A DNA stretch of 64,000 nt from Chlamydiia bacterium (GTDB taxonomy: Bacteria > Chlamydiota > Chlamydiia > Chlamydiales > Rhabdochlamydiaceae). A model generated the notes under the pieces. That model did no database searches. It was not told the origin of the DNA and saw only the letters and a program-made list of their open reading frames with translations. The stretch spans positions 1-64,000 of the forward strand of contig CAWDOQ010000002.1 in assembly GCA_963804085.1 (NCBI GenBank), written 5' to 3'. Shown piece by piece: positions 20,582 to 30,155 of this stretch. Each line of letters begins with the position of its first letter. Within the stretch, counting starts at the first letter, position 1. Both the position numbers and the translations under genes were made by a program.

Positions 20582-21577
20582 GTGTATCCTATTGCTGATC
20601 TGCATTGCGATCTACTCCTCTTCCTGCAGATGCAAAAAGAGAGAACCCCTTTTGATCCAATCTCACGCGTTTCCTATCCGCAACTTAAGGCGGGAGGCGT
20701 GCGCCTCCAAACGCTTGCTATCTTCACCTACCCCAAAGCAGGTTCAACCGAACTGGGAAGAGAGCAGGTCGAAATCTTTCAAGAGCTGCCTCGCAAATAC
20801 AAAGACTGCTTTGAGATCTTAAGCGATGTGCAAAAACTAAAGAGCCCCTCAGACAAGATCTTCATCCTCCCCGCTTTTGAGAACGCTTCCGGTTTTTGCG
20901 AAGAGAGTGAGCCCTTAGAATCCGGCTTAGGAAGACTGCAGCATATCCACGAGAAGCTAAAACACATCCTCTACATCAGCCTCACTTGGGATGGAGAGAA
21001 CCGTTTTGGAGGCGGCAACGGCTCACAAGTCGGACTAAAGCCCGATGGCAAGCAGCTCCTCCTATTCCTCCATCAGAAAAAGATCGCCGTCGACTTGAGC
21101 CACACCTCGGATAAGCTCGCACACGACATCCTCAACTTTATCGATCAATATGGACTAGATATACCCGTGATCGCCAGCCACTCCAACTTCCGCAGCATCA
21201 CAGACATTCCCCGCAACCTCCCCGATGAGATCGCGATGGAGATCATCAAAAGAAAAGGAATCATCGGCTTCAACTTTTTTTCATGTTTTATCGGACTAGA
21301 AGATCCGCACAGACTCTTAAAACATCTCGAGCATGGGCTAAAACTCGGCGGCCACAAAGCCCTCTCCTTCGGCGCCGACTTCTTCTGCGACAGCGACTTC
21401 CCCAGCCTCAAAACCAAGTACAATACGAGCACCTTCTTCTTCGACCATTACAGCGACTCCTCCAAGTATCCCACCCTGCTCCAGCTCTTCCAAAGCAGAC
21501 TCACGCTCCCTCCCGAGCTACTCCACGACATCGCGCTCGGCAACTTCACCCACTTCCTCTCCCGCCTCTGGTCCTGA
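20582..21577 (+). CDS. Membrane dipeptidase (peptidase M19)
   Basis: IADLHCD, VDLSH, ASHSN, RNLPDE, FGADF. Confidence 0.9.
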   Translation: MYPIADLHCDLLLFLQMQKERTPFDPISRVSYPQLKAGGVRLQTLAIFTYPKAGSTELGREQVEIFQELPRKYKDCFEILSDVQKLKSPSDKIFILPAFENASGFCEESEPLESGLGRLQHIHEKLKHILYISLTWDGENRFGGGNGSQVGLKPDGKQLLLFLHQKKIAVDLSHTSDKLAHDILNFIDQYGLDIPVIASHSNFRSITDIPRNLPDEIAMEIIKRKGIIGFNFFSCFIGLEDPHRLLKHLEHGLKLGGHKALSFGADFFCDSDFPSLKTKYNTSTFFFDHYSDSSKYPTLLQLFQSRLTLPPELLHDIALGNFTHFLSRLWS

Positions 21578-21617
21578 CAAGTAAATTTTTCTCGTTATAC
21601 AAGCGGATTTTTAAATA

Positions 21618-21646
21618 TTGTTGAGGGGGGAGTGATATGGTATAAT
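21618..21646 (+). promoter_or_regulatory. Putative sigma66/sigma70 promoter TTGTTG-17 bp-TATAAT with extended -10
   Basis: TTGTTG AGGGGGGAGTGATATGG TATAAT upstream of AAGGAG and ATG 21678. Confidence 0.55.
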
Positions 21647-21677
21647 TATACCTTCAAATTTAAAGGAGAACATTCCA

Positions 21678-22601
21678 ATGGCCGTTTCTTTTACAGCAGA
21701 ATATTTGTACCAGGGCGCAAACTATATTAGAAACGATCCAAGTCCGCTTAACCAATCTATCGAATGCCCTGAATTTCTGCTTGCCTTAGGCCGAGGTGTC
21801 TATTCCCTGGGCACGCTGGTGGTCTCCCCTGTCGGTGCTCTTTACCACACATCTCAGGCCGCCTATCGTACACTGGAACAATGCTGGGTAACCGACACGG
21901 CAAAAGTCGAATCTTCAAAGACACGCGTGTGGCAGCACCTCTATGCTGCTGGCGATGATCTGCTCGCATTTGGGCATATTCTTTTGAATGTTGCACTGGT
22001 TGCATGCGTAGTAGCTGCATTTCTGTTCCCTGAAGCAGCACCGGGGCTTATTGCCCCTGTTGTATATGCCGTAGCACAAGCTATTCAAAATAACGACATC
22101 GAAAAATTGTTCCTCCCTTATTACTTTAGCATGTATCCGACTACAGCATTGTTTATGTTCCTTTCCGATGAAAAAGAAGCAGGGGTTGCATTCAGTCAGC
22201 AAGATAGATACTTTGCGCACTACCTATACGATCCTATGGTGAGGATGGGTATGGCTACCGATGCACCTCTCACATCTGCAGAAATCTTAGCATTTCAAGA
22301 ACTCACCAAAAAGTGGTCTAGACGGCGCCCAGATTTTGTCGAAATTATACTCACTATACCAACGTTCTTGAAAGAACATAACAGGGCAGCTCCCGCTGCC
22401 GTAGCATTTATTGACGCACTTCTTGCCAAACGCGCAGAGCTCAATGAGGCTCAGCGTGCTGCTTTTCATGCCGGTAGAGATGAGCCCGAAGAGTCACGCA
22501 ATGAAGTTATCGCCAAATTTTGGATAGAGCGTGTTAACGCAATAAGGGCTACCCTCCCCCCATTATCTACGCCCGTACCTGCCCAACCCGCAACTGCCTG
22601 A
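21678..22601 (+). CDS. Hypothetical protein with central hydrophobic segment; candidate effector
   Basis: 307-aa ORF with its own promoter and RBS; no family recognised. Confidence 0.6.
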   Translation: MAVSFTAEYLYQGANYIRNDPSPLNQSIECPEFLLALGRGVYSLGTLVVSPVGALYHTSQAAYRTLEQCWVTDTAKVESSKTRVWQHLYAAGDDLLAFGHILLNVALVACVVAAFLFPEAAPGLIAPVVYAVAQAIQNNDIEKLFLPYYFSMYPTTALFMFLSDEKEAGVAFSQQDRYFAHYLYDPMVRMGMATDAPLTSAEILAFQELTKKWSRRRPDFVEIILTIPTFLKEHNRAAPAAVAFIDALLAKRAELNEAQRAAFHAGRDEPEESRNEVIAKFWIERVNAIRATLPPLSTPVPAQPATA

Positions 22602-22662
22602 TAACTTTCAACCTTATCTGCCTTTCAACTGCATCTGAGATGCAAGAGGTTCAATAGGCGAG

Positions 22663-24069
22663 TTAGCGAAGAGCCCGAATGACAGCCTGCGCATCTAAGA
22701 CTTTTACTCCTTTGGGCAAAGTGAGCTGCTTTGGTTTTTCGGGTACAAAGAGCACATAGACAAATTGTGTCCGGGGATCTCGTTGAATAGGGGGAATGCC
22801 CTTCTTTTTTAATTCCTCGATCATTCTGTAGATCCAAGAGGCAGAAGGGGGTTTTAACGTCCATTTAGCTTCTCCGATCAATAGGGACTTTTCCTCTTGC
22901 GATTTGGCTAGAATATCCCATTCTGCGCCGTCTCCATGCCAAAAACGCCCGGCTTGCTGGTAGTCCACACCATCCAAATGTTCAGAAAGAAGTGGAATGG
23001 CAAGACGGCAGAGTTCTTCCCATGTCATGGAAAATAGGGAAGGGAGGGCTTGCTTTAACCACTTATGGCGAGTTGCAGCGGTAGCCTGAGAAAAAAGGCT
23101 TCGTTTAGGCCCAACTGCATCAAACCAAAAACGCATAAAAGGATCCTTAATCTTATAAAGAGTGCGTTTGGAATTGGCTGCATCGGTGCCATAGGGAGTT
23201 TCACGGCGAATGAGATCTAATTCAATCAATCGTTGGATAGGCCGCATAAGAGAGGTAACAGGTTGTCCAATACGGCTTGCTACTTCAGATAGACGATTGG
23301 CTCCTAAACCAATAGCATCCAAGATGGGTCGTAAATGGATTGCGGATGGGATCTCTTCTAATAGCAATCGATTGGGCTCGTCATAAAGAGGTCCCATGGG
23401 ATCTAAAACAAGCCTATCAATCTTCTCAAAAAAAGTACCCCTGCTCTTTTCGACAAGCTCCCAATAGCGAGGAATGCCTCCCCAAATGGAAAAAGAGGAG
23501 ATGATTTCTCTAGAGTTTTTTAAATTTAGAGCATCCTTCATATACCCGACAGAAATAGGTCCAAGTTTGATAATTTCATCAGCCCTTCCATAAAGAGGAG
23601 CAGAAGAATCCAGAATAGCACCCTGCATCATCCGTTGAGAAGAGCCGCAAAAAATCAGGATAAGTTTTGCTTTTTTAGCCTCATGGTCGACAAATTTTTG
23701 TAGGATGCTTGGGAGTTCGGGGGAAACCGCGATCAGATAAGGAAGTTCGTCGATTACAATAGGCCCCTTCCATTTGGCAGTGACTGCATCGCGTGCAAGA
23801 CGCAAAAGCAGAGTTGTCCAATCCGGGTACTCAACTTCAGAAAAACCGGGAAGAGCTTGTTCGATTGCCGTTGCAAAGTACTTTCTCTGGATCGAAGCTG
23901 CGGATTCGTCTGCGGTATAATAGATTCCTTTATGCTTCTGAGCCCACTCGAGCAATAAACGCGTTTTTCCTACGCGTCGTCTTCCCCAGACAACAGCAAC
24001 ACCAGCCTTATTTAGCCGGAGTAAATGGTTCAAACGAGCCATTTCCTGTTTACGATTGACAAACTTCAC
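22663..24069 (-). CDS. Archaeal-type AAA ATPase with winged helix and C-terminal DUF234/PD-(D/E)XK-like domain
   Basis: FVNRKQE, Walker A GRRRVGKT, IVIDELPY, CGSS, GGIPRY, DPFMRFWF, EWDILA...IGEAKW. Confidence 0.85.
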   Translation of the reverse strand: MKFVNRKQEMARLNHLLRLNKAGVAVVWGRRRVGKTRLLLEWAQKHKGIYYTADESAASIQRKYFATAIEQALPGFSEVEYPDWTTLLLRLARDAVTAKWKGPIVIDELPYLIAVSPELPSILQKFVDHEAKKAKLILIFCGSSQRMMQGAILDSSAPLYGRADEIIKLGPISVGYMKDALNLKNSREIISSFSIWGGIPRYWELVEKSRGTFFEKIDRLVLDPMGPLYDEPNRLLLEEIPSAIHLRPILDAIGLGANRLSEVASRIGQPVTSLMRPIQRLIELDLIRRETPYGTDAANSKRTLYKIKDPFMRFWFDAVGPKRSLFSQATAATRHKWLKQALPSLFSMTWEELCRLAIPLLSEHLDGVDYQQAGRFWHGDGAEWDILAKSQEEKSLLIGEAKWTLKPPSASWIYRMIEELKKKGIPPIQRDPRTQFVYVLFVPEKPKQLTLPKGVKVLDAQAVIRALR

Positions 24070-24338
24070 ACGCCCTCACTTTTTTATCATTATGCTGTAT
24101 AACATTATGTTTTACAACATAATCTTTTAGAAGTCGTGTTTTCCGGGGGTCTGAAAATGTATTATGATTAGCCGAAGCATCAGGTGAAAAAGGCGGGGAA
24201 TTTTGCAAGTGGCTCCTGACAAGAGACAACTATCAAGTAAATTATTTGCTGTCTATTTCGAAATGGCAAGAGAGGCGTATGCTTATTGCGCATCAATAAC
24301 TGCTCGTGCAATGCGAGCTAAATCACAAGGGGTGTTTT

Positions 24339-24977
24339 ATGGCTGCTCCAGTAGGATGTTTTCCCAGACTTCAACAATTTCTGCAAACCGGTGATGGGAT
24401 AAAGTATTGCATTTTGAAACCCACCTCATGGTTCATCGACTCCGCTAAAGAAGCGGGCTACGACGTGTCGGGCCGCTGGACAACTATTAATAGCGGCTTT
24501 AAAGAGGTGAGAAATGTGATGGGCTTCACCCAAATCCCCGACAAGATCAACGGGATCGCAAATAGCGCTGCAGCCTTCGTTGCTGCACCTACCGTTGCAA
24601 CTGGAGCAAACTGTCTTTTCACCTCATTAGAAATTGCCTCTCCTGTATACGACCTTGCAACATGGTGGAGCCATAGAATAGCCCCCGTTGCTAGATCCAC
24701 TTTGGACTCTTTGTTACGGATTAGCGCAGTAGCTCTCTTCATTCTCTCTGTAAAAAAGATCGTCGAAGATATTACAGCATTATATGCTGCGATCATGGCT
24801 GGTGCCATGGCAGGCATTCCTCGTACTCTCCTCGATCTTGGGAAACGAATCACTCTTGCAGCTTCTGCAAGCTTAACTCTAGTAGGTATAATATTTGCGA
24901 CTCCCATCGCATCAGGCTACCTACTCGCCTGCACGGCCGGAGATATCGCGTTTACTATTGCCAGAGAATTCGTCTGA
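24339..24977 (+). CDS. Hypothetical membrane protein, possibly PEX11-like
   Basis: Part of ORF 24306..24977; helical, hydrophobic C-terminus; see finding. Confidence 0.55.
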   Translation: MAAPVGCFPRLQQFLQTGDGIKYCILKPTSWFIDSAKEAGYDVSGRWTTINSGFKEVRNVMGFTQIPDKINGIANSAAAFVAAPTVATGANCLFTSLEIASPVYDLATWWSHRIAPVARSTLDSLLRISAVALFILSVKKIVEDITALYAAIMAGAMAGIPRTLLDLGKRITLAASASLTLVGIIFATPIASGYLLACTAGDIAFTIAREFV

Positions 24978-24987
24978 TAAACAGCGA

Positions 24988-26313
24988 TTAGCCGAAGAGC
25001 CAGGTGAAGAAGGCGGAGATCTCTTGCATGATGCTTGTGGCAAGGGACGAAAAGTAGGCTTGCAGCTGCTCCCAGCAGCTCATCGAATCGACCTGAGCCT
25101 GGCTTCTAGCTCTCTCTTCGTTTTTGCACAGGTCGTTTGCCAGTGGTTCTTGTGCAGCTTTAAGACAGAGTTGTGCTTCTTCCAGATCGCACTCCGCCTG
25201 TTCTAATGCTTGCTTCGATCCTTCTAGTGCCTGCTTTGATTTTTTTTCCTCATGCCGGAGTAGATCTTTTGCAAGTGCTTGTTGTGAGGCTTCAAGAATG
25301 CGTTCTGATTCTTCTAGGGAACGCCTTGACTTTTCTAGTCGCTGTCTTGATTCTTCCAGTGCGAGCCTAACTTGTTCTGCCTTGTGTTGGGAATCCAGCA
25401 TCTTATCAAAGTTGCGCTGGGCGCAATGCTTGCAGATGGCGCCATTTGTGCCTGAACCATTGTCCAAAATATCAGAAAAATCCCTGGGTCGCTCACGCTG
25501 CCTATCCGGGGTATTGCAAAAAGCACGAATTTCGGGAGTTATGACGAGCTTATAGTTCCCCCAAATGCGGAACGAATTGAGTTCAAGCAGAGTGACCGTA
25601 TTGGGCAAGTTAGTCAATCGATTCCGATCAAGCCAAAGAGAGCGTAAAGTAGGCCTTAACATTGCAATCCCTGGATGGATATCGGTAAGAAAATTGCTAG
25701 AGAGTTCAAGTGTCTCGAGGGGAAGATCTAGAATCTCTGTGGGAAATCGGGTTAGATTGTTATTGCGCAGATCGAGCAATGTTAATTTAGTGAACCACTC
25801 TATCTCTGTGGGGAGTGATGAGAGATGAAAGCCCATAAGACGGATCGCGCCTACAGCCACCAAACAAGGGCGATTTTCTTTCAGCCAAGAGTAGATCTCT
25901 CTAGAGCGTGGCACTACCTGTTTGCCTAGATTATCTAGTGGAGGCTTAAAAGCGGGAGTATTAAACATCCCAGAAAAGTGCATGAAAAAGAGGACTCTAT
26001 CGACCGCATGCGAGAGCTGAGCGACTGTGCGAGCATCAGGGGTACCTCCTTCCGGAACTGCAAGCCCACACTTCTCTATTCTTTTGCAGACTCTTTTATA
26101 GACAGCCTCGATCTTATCGCCTTGGGGAGGATCAAAAGGAAAATAGGACTTTACTAGGTGCGTTTCAAAGAGGCCTAAATATTTTTTTGTCCGCGAAATG
26201 CTACTTAAAAATTTATTATCTACGGAAGCATGAATTACAGAATTCTCCGTGTAATCCAATATATGTGCTAAAAGCCGTTCAGGAACTCTGCTATAAGCTG
26301 ACGCAATTGCCAT
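24988..26313 (-). CDS. Leucine-rich repeat protein with F-box-like N-terminus and coiled coil
   Basis: LxxLxLxxNxLxxLP repeats; N-terminal VPERLLAHILDY; heptad-rich C-terminus. Confidence 0.8.
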   Translation of the reverse strand: MAIASAYSRVPERLLAHILDYTENSVIHASVDNKFLSSISRTKKYLGLFETHLVKSYFPFDPPQGDKIEAVYKRVCKRIEKCGLAVPEGGTPDARTVAQLSHAVDRVLFFMHFSGMFNTPAFKPPLDNLGKQVVPRSREIYSWLKENRPCLVAVGAIRLMGFHLSSLPTEIEWFTKLTLLDLRNNNLTRFPTEILDLPLETLELSSNFLTDIHPGIAMLRPTLRSLWLDRNRLTNLPNTVTLLELNSFRIWGNYKLVITPEIRAFCNTPDRQRERPRDFSDILDNGSGTNGAICKHCAQRNFDKMLDSQHKAEQVRLALEESRQRLEKSRRSLEESERILEASQQALAKDLLRHEEKKSKQALEGSKQALEQAECDLEEAQLCLKAAQEPLANDLCKNEERARSQAQVDSMSCWEQLQAYFSSLATSIMQEISAFFTWLFG

Positions 26314-26384
26314 ATAAACCTCAATTAATTGCGCAAAACTTTAGCAAATTATCAAGAAATTAACCAGTTTAAGTATTCCCTTAA

Positions 26385-26425
26385 CGCGGTCAGCATGTCC
26401 AGAAATACTGGACATACTGACCGCG
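26385..26425. promoter_or_regulatory. 18-bp inverted repeat; probable AbiEi autoregulatory operator
   Basis: CGCGGTCAGCATGTCCAG-AAATA-CTGGACATACTGACCGCG (one mismatch), 20 bp upstream of ATG 26446. Confidence 0.65.
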
Positions 26426-26445
26426 ACTTTGGTAATATTACTTTT

Positions 26446-27066
26446 ATGGATGACATAGCTCGTTTGCGCCAAGAAATACAGTCTGATATATTTGATTATC
26501 AGATACTTACGCATTGCTTGCGCGATTATAAAAAACCTAGAGACAAAATTTCTCAGCTGCTGAAAAACGGCATCTTAATTCAGATCAAAAGAGGAGTATA
26601 TGTCTTTGCACCCCCTCTACGGAAAGGGCTGCTCTCTCTTGAAATAGTAGCGGGGATGTTGGTACAGCCTTCCTACATCTCAAGAGAGTATGCTCTGCAA
26701 CAATATGGGCTCATGACAGAGCGCGTCGAAAGAGTGACAAGTATGACGACACGCAAGAGACGCCATTTTGATACTCCTGTGGGACAATTTGATTATTATT
26801 CTCTCAGTCAAAACAGATTCCATGTAGGCGTCCGACTGCGAGAAGTTCAAAACGAGGGAGGATATCTTATGGCTACAAAGGAAAAAGCGCTCGCAGATTG
26901 GGTTGCTTCCCTCCCTCGAATTGCTAACAAAGAAGACCTTCAGTTTTTTCTTTATGAAGAATCAAGAATCGAAAAAAGCTCTTTATTTCCATTGGACCAA
27001 GCACTTTTAGAAGAAATAGCCCAAAAATATCAAAACAACAACGTCTCTCTTTTATTAAAATTATGA
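26446..27066 (+). CDS. AbiEi-family antitoxin / transcriptional regulator (type IV TA)
   Basis: LIQIKRGVY, PSYISREYALQQYG, ATKEKALAD; ATGA overlap with the toxin gene. Confidence 0.85.
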   Translation: MDDIARLRQEIQSDIFDYQILTHCLRDYKKPRDKISQLLKNGILIQIKRGVYVFAPPLRKGLLSLEIVAGMLVQPSYISREYALQQYGLMTERVERVTSMTTRKRRHFDTPVGQFDYYSLSQNRFHVGVRLREVQNEGGYLMATKEKALADWVASLPRIANKEDLQFFLYEESRIEKSSLFPLDQALLEEIAQKYQNNNVSLLLKL

Positions 27067-27929
27067 CCATTCCATTTAGAGATCTTCTCCGCAGATATTC
27101 CTGTGTGACAAAAGCAGACTATGTGAACGCTATACATGAGATCATCCAAGAGATCACCCTCGTCGGGCTTGCACGTGCCAAGTTTTTTGAGCATGCAGCT
27201 TTTTATGGAGGAACTGCTTTGCGCATCCTTTACCAATTAGATCGATTTAGTGAAGATTTGGACTTCTCTCTTCTTAAACCTGATCCTCATTTCAATCTCC
27301 AGCTCTACCTTCGCAGCGTGGAAGAGGAATTAAAAGGGTTTGGAATAGATGTGAAAATCGAACATAAAATTAAACATCCACCCTCGCAAATATTATCTGC
27401 GTTTTTAAAGACCAGTACTCTAGAGACTTTTTTACTCATAGACCTTCCGGAGCAAGAAAGAAAAAAAGTCGCTTCAAATGAGAAGCTTAAAATTAAGTTC
27501 GAAATCGATATCGATCCTCCACCAGATTTTAGCACGGAAGTGAAGCTACTTCTTTTACCGATTCCTCATTCTGTACGCAGCTTCACCATGCCCAACCTAT
27601 TTGCTGGCAAAATGCATGCTTTGTTATTCCGTGAATGGAAAGTGCGCATCAAGGGACGAGATTGGTATGATTTCGTTTGGTTCATTGCAAAAGCGGTTCC
27701 CCTACACCTTGGACACTTAGAAGCTAGAATGCGTCAATCTAATAATTGGAGAGGTAAAGAGCAGTTGTCACAAGAACACTTTCGAAAACTGCTAGAAGCT
27801 AAAATCGAAGCTCTTTCGATCGAAAATGCTAAGAGCGATATTCTTCCTTTTCTCCGAGATAAGAGACAAGTGGATCTCTGGTCCAAAGAGTTTTTTCTAA
27901 GCTTAATCCCCAGAATCACCTACGTTTAG
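27063..27929 (+). CDS. AbiEii-family nucleotidyltransferase toxin (type IV TA)
   Basis: FYGGTALRILYQLDRFSEDLDFS, AGKMHAL, KGRDWYD. Confidence 0.9.
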   Translation: MTIPFRDLLRRYSCVTKADYVNAIHEIIQEITLVGLARAKFFEHAAFYGGTALRILYQLDRFSEDLDFSLLKPDPHFNLQLYLRSVEEELKGFGIDVKIEHKIKHPPSQILSAFLKTSTLETFLLIDLPEQERKKVASNEKLKIKFEIDIDPPPDFSTEVKLLLLPIPHSVRSFTMPNLFAGKMHALLFREWKVRIKGRDWYDFVWFIAKAVPLHLGHLEARMRQSNNWRGKEQLSQEHFRKLLEAKIEALSIENAKSDILPFLRDKRQVDLWSKEFFLSLIPRITYV

Positions 27930-29699
27930 GTTCAGAAGCTGAGGGGGATTTTTTTTAATTTCGTCGAACTCTTTGGCGAGGGCGAGCACCTCCTCGTCAG
28001 AGCAGGCGCCGCTGTGGATCTTTCTTTTTATCTCCTCGCGCTTTTGCATCCATTCGCGGAGCAGGATCTGGCGGATGGTGGCAGCAGTCTCTACCTCCGC
28101 CTTTTGCAGGTTGATCCTCTTTTGCATGATCTCGGCAAGGAGCGTCTCTTGTTCGCTGCTCTGTAGAGAGGAGGCAAGTGTTAATAGATCGCGCTTTTGA
28201 TTTTCTGCGCTCATGTAAAGAGAGAAGACTTCGCGGCATATCGCTACACGAAAATGGTGGCTCTGTAAATTTGCACGGACAAGTTCGACGATCTTGGGCT
28301 CCGTCTCTCCCATTTTAAAGAGCCAGCGGAGCAGGTCGGTCTCTAGGACTCTATCGGGATCGACATCACCAAAATCGAGCACGCCGCTTTTTTTGACATG
28401 GTAGGGAGCGGGCACGGGGGCATGGCCGATGCCGAGCGCCTCTTCGGAGACGCGCGTGAGTTCTGCAAGTTTTTTTAAGCTCTCTTCGACAAGAACGGGC
28501 TGCTCCCACTTACGTATCTGCGTCGAGACTGTTTGCACGAGTTCATTTTTCTGTGCAGGAGATTTTAAGTTTAAGTTCTTACCCAAATAGCGGACTAAAA
28601 ATGAGAGGTAGTCTTCGCCTTTTTCGAGCAGCATAGCAAAGGCTGCGGCTCCGCGTTCTCTTAAAAAAGAGTCGGGGTCGCTTTTGGGCGGAAGTGCAAG
28701 GCATGTCACTTCGACCCCCTTTTTCTGAAAGAGATCTCCAATTTTGACAGCGGCTTTCTGACCCGCTTCATCGCCATCGAGCGCCAAAAATACGCGGTGG
28801 ACACCGAGGTGAACCAGCTCGCTCACATGGTCTTCCCCAAAAGCTGTCCCCTGCCCTGCAACTGTAAAATCAAAGCCTGAATAGATGAGCCGCAAGGCAT
28901 CGACCTGCCCTTCGACGATCAGCGCGCGCCGCTCCTTGGCGATCCTCTCGCGGCTGTAGCTTAAGCCAAACAAGAACTGCGACTTCTTAAACAAGGGTGT
29001 CTCGGGCGAGTTGATATACTTTCCGCCAAATGTCTCCTCTTTAAACTTACGCGCAGAAAAACCAATCACCATCTGGCTGATATCGGTGATGGGAAAGGTG
29101 ATTCTTTCGGAAAAGAAGTCTCGTCTTCTTCCGGTTTCTCCAATCGCAAAGAGTCCGGCTGCTTGTAAAATGGCCTCATCGATTCCCTGCTGTGTGAGCA
29201 TCTTATGCAAAAAGAGGGGCTGCTTGGGTGCATAGCCGATCCGAAACTTCTGGATAAAGTCTAATGTGATGCCGCGTGCGTAAAGATAGTGGAGCGCCTT
29301 TTGTCCCTCGTCTGTATGAAGAAGACAGAACTGGTAGATCTGGCATGCCTTCTCAAGCGCCTCTTTGAGTGCCGCTTTTTTGGGACCCTTTTGTTCGACC
29401 TCTTCTGATCTCTCTAGAACAACCTGGAACCTCTCTGCCAAATGCTCGATCGCATCGACAAAGCGCATCTTGAGATGGCTCATTAAAAAGGCGATCGCAT
29501 CTCCATGAGCTCCGCAGCCATAGCAGTGGTAGTGGGTCTCCCCTCTTTGGACGACAAACGAAGGGGTCTTCTCTTCATGAAAGGGACAGCATGCTTTGTA
29601 GGAGCTTCCGCTGCGCACAAGCTTGAGATGCGGTGAGAGAACCTCTACCAGATCTATCCTCTGGCGTAGTAGCTCGAGGCTCTCTTTTTTATATAACAT
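27903..29699 (-). CDS. dnaG: DNA primase
   Basis: CPFHEEKTPSF Zn finger, KYINSPET, VEGQVD, LDGDEAGQKA. Confidence 0.96.
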   Translation of the reverse strand: MLYKKESLELLRQRIDLVEVLSPHLKLVRSGSSYKACCPFHEEKTPSFVVQRGETHYHCYGCGAHGDAIAFLMSHLKMRFVDAIEHLAERFQVVLERSEEVEQKGPKKAALKEALEKACQIYQFCLLHTDEGQKALHYLYARGITLDFIQKFRIGYAPKQPLFLHKMLTQQGIDEAILQAAGLFAIGETGRRRDFFSERITFPITDISQMVIGFSARKFKEETFGGKYINSPETPLFKKSQFLFGLSYSRERIAKERRALIVEGQVDALRLIYSGFDFTVAGQGTAFGEDHVSELVHLGVHRVFLALDGDEAGQKAAVKIGDLFQKKGVEVTCLALPPKSDPDSFLRERGAAAFAMLLEKGEDYLSFLVRYLGKNLNLKSPAQKNELVQTVSTQIRKWEQPVLVEESLKKLAELTRVSEEALGIGHAPVPAPYHVKKSGVLDFGDVDPDRVLETDLLRWLFKMGETEPKIVELVRANLQSHHFRVAICREVFSLYMSAENQKRDLLTLASSLQSSEQETLLAEIMQKRINLQKAEVETAATIRQILLREWMQKREEIKRKIHSGACSDEEVLALAKEFDEIKKNPPQLLNLNVGDSGD

Positions 29700-29777
29700 A
29701 CGTTAATCCTATCTTAAAAAAGCCTTTAAAAAAAAGCAGGCCTTAATTACAAGGGTTAAAAAGAGTAATTCAAAATT

Positions 29778-30155
29778 ATGGTAGAACGACCTTCGAACAC
29801 CCTCTCCTCTCCTACGCTTCCTATATACTCGCCCTCTCCTTTAAAGTCTGTTAGCTCTTCCAAACAGAGTGCATCTCCTGACACCCTCCGGTCCCACAAG
29901 CCTTTGCCCGACATGGCTGATCTTCTAGACGAGATCGTCTATCTGATAGGGATCATCGAGCAGGCAAACCAGCCCACTTCGCGTCTCTTAAAACCGGAGA
30001 TCTCTCCCGAAGAAGCTTTAGAGCAGCTCAAGGGTCACCAAAAATACTTAGAGCAACTGGACCATTGGAGTCAAGCATGCCAAAGCCGGATCGATAAGAT
30101 GCTCCAGTTGAAGCCTTCTCTCTTTCAAAAATTGCTTAATCTGTTTACCAAATGA
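29778..30155 (+). CDS. Hypothetical protein
   Basis: 125-aa ORF with ATGA coupling to mutS. Confidence 0.55.
   Translation: MVERPSNTLSSPTLPIYSPSPLKSVSSSKQSASPDTLRSHKPLPDMADLLDEIVYLIGIIEQANQPTSRLLKPEISPEEALEQLKGHQKYLEQLDHWSQACQSRIDKMLQLKPSLFQKLLNLFTK

Noticed and set aside
21624-21630. G6 tract in the promoter spacer as a phase-variation switch
   Set aside because: Too short to be distinctive, and no evidence of length variation.
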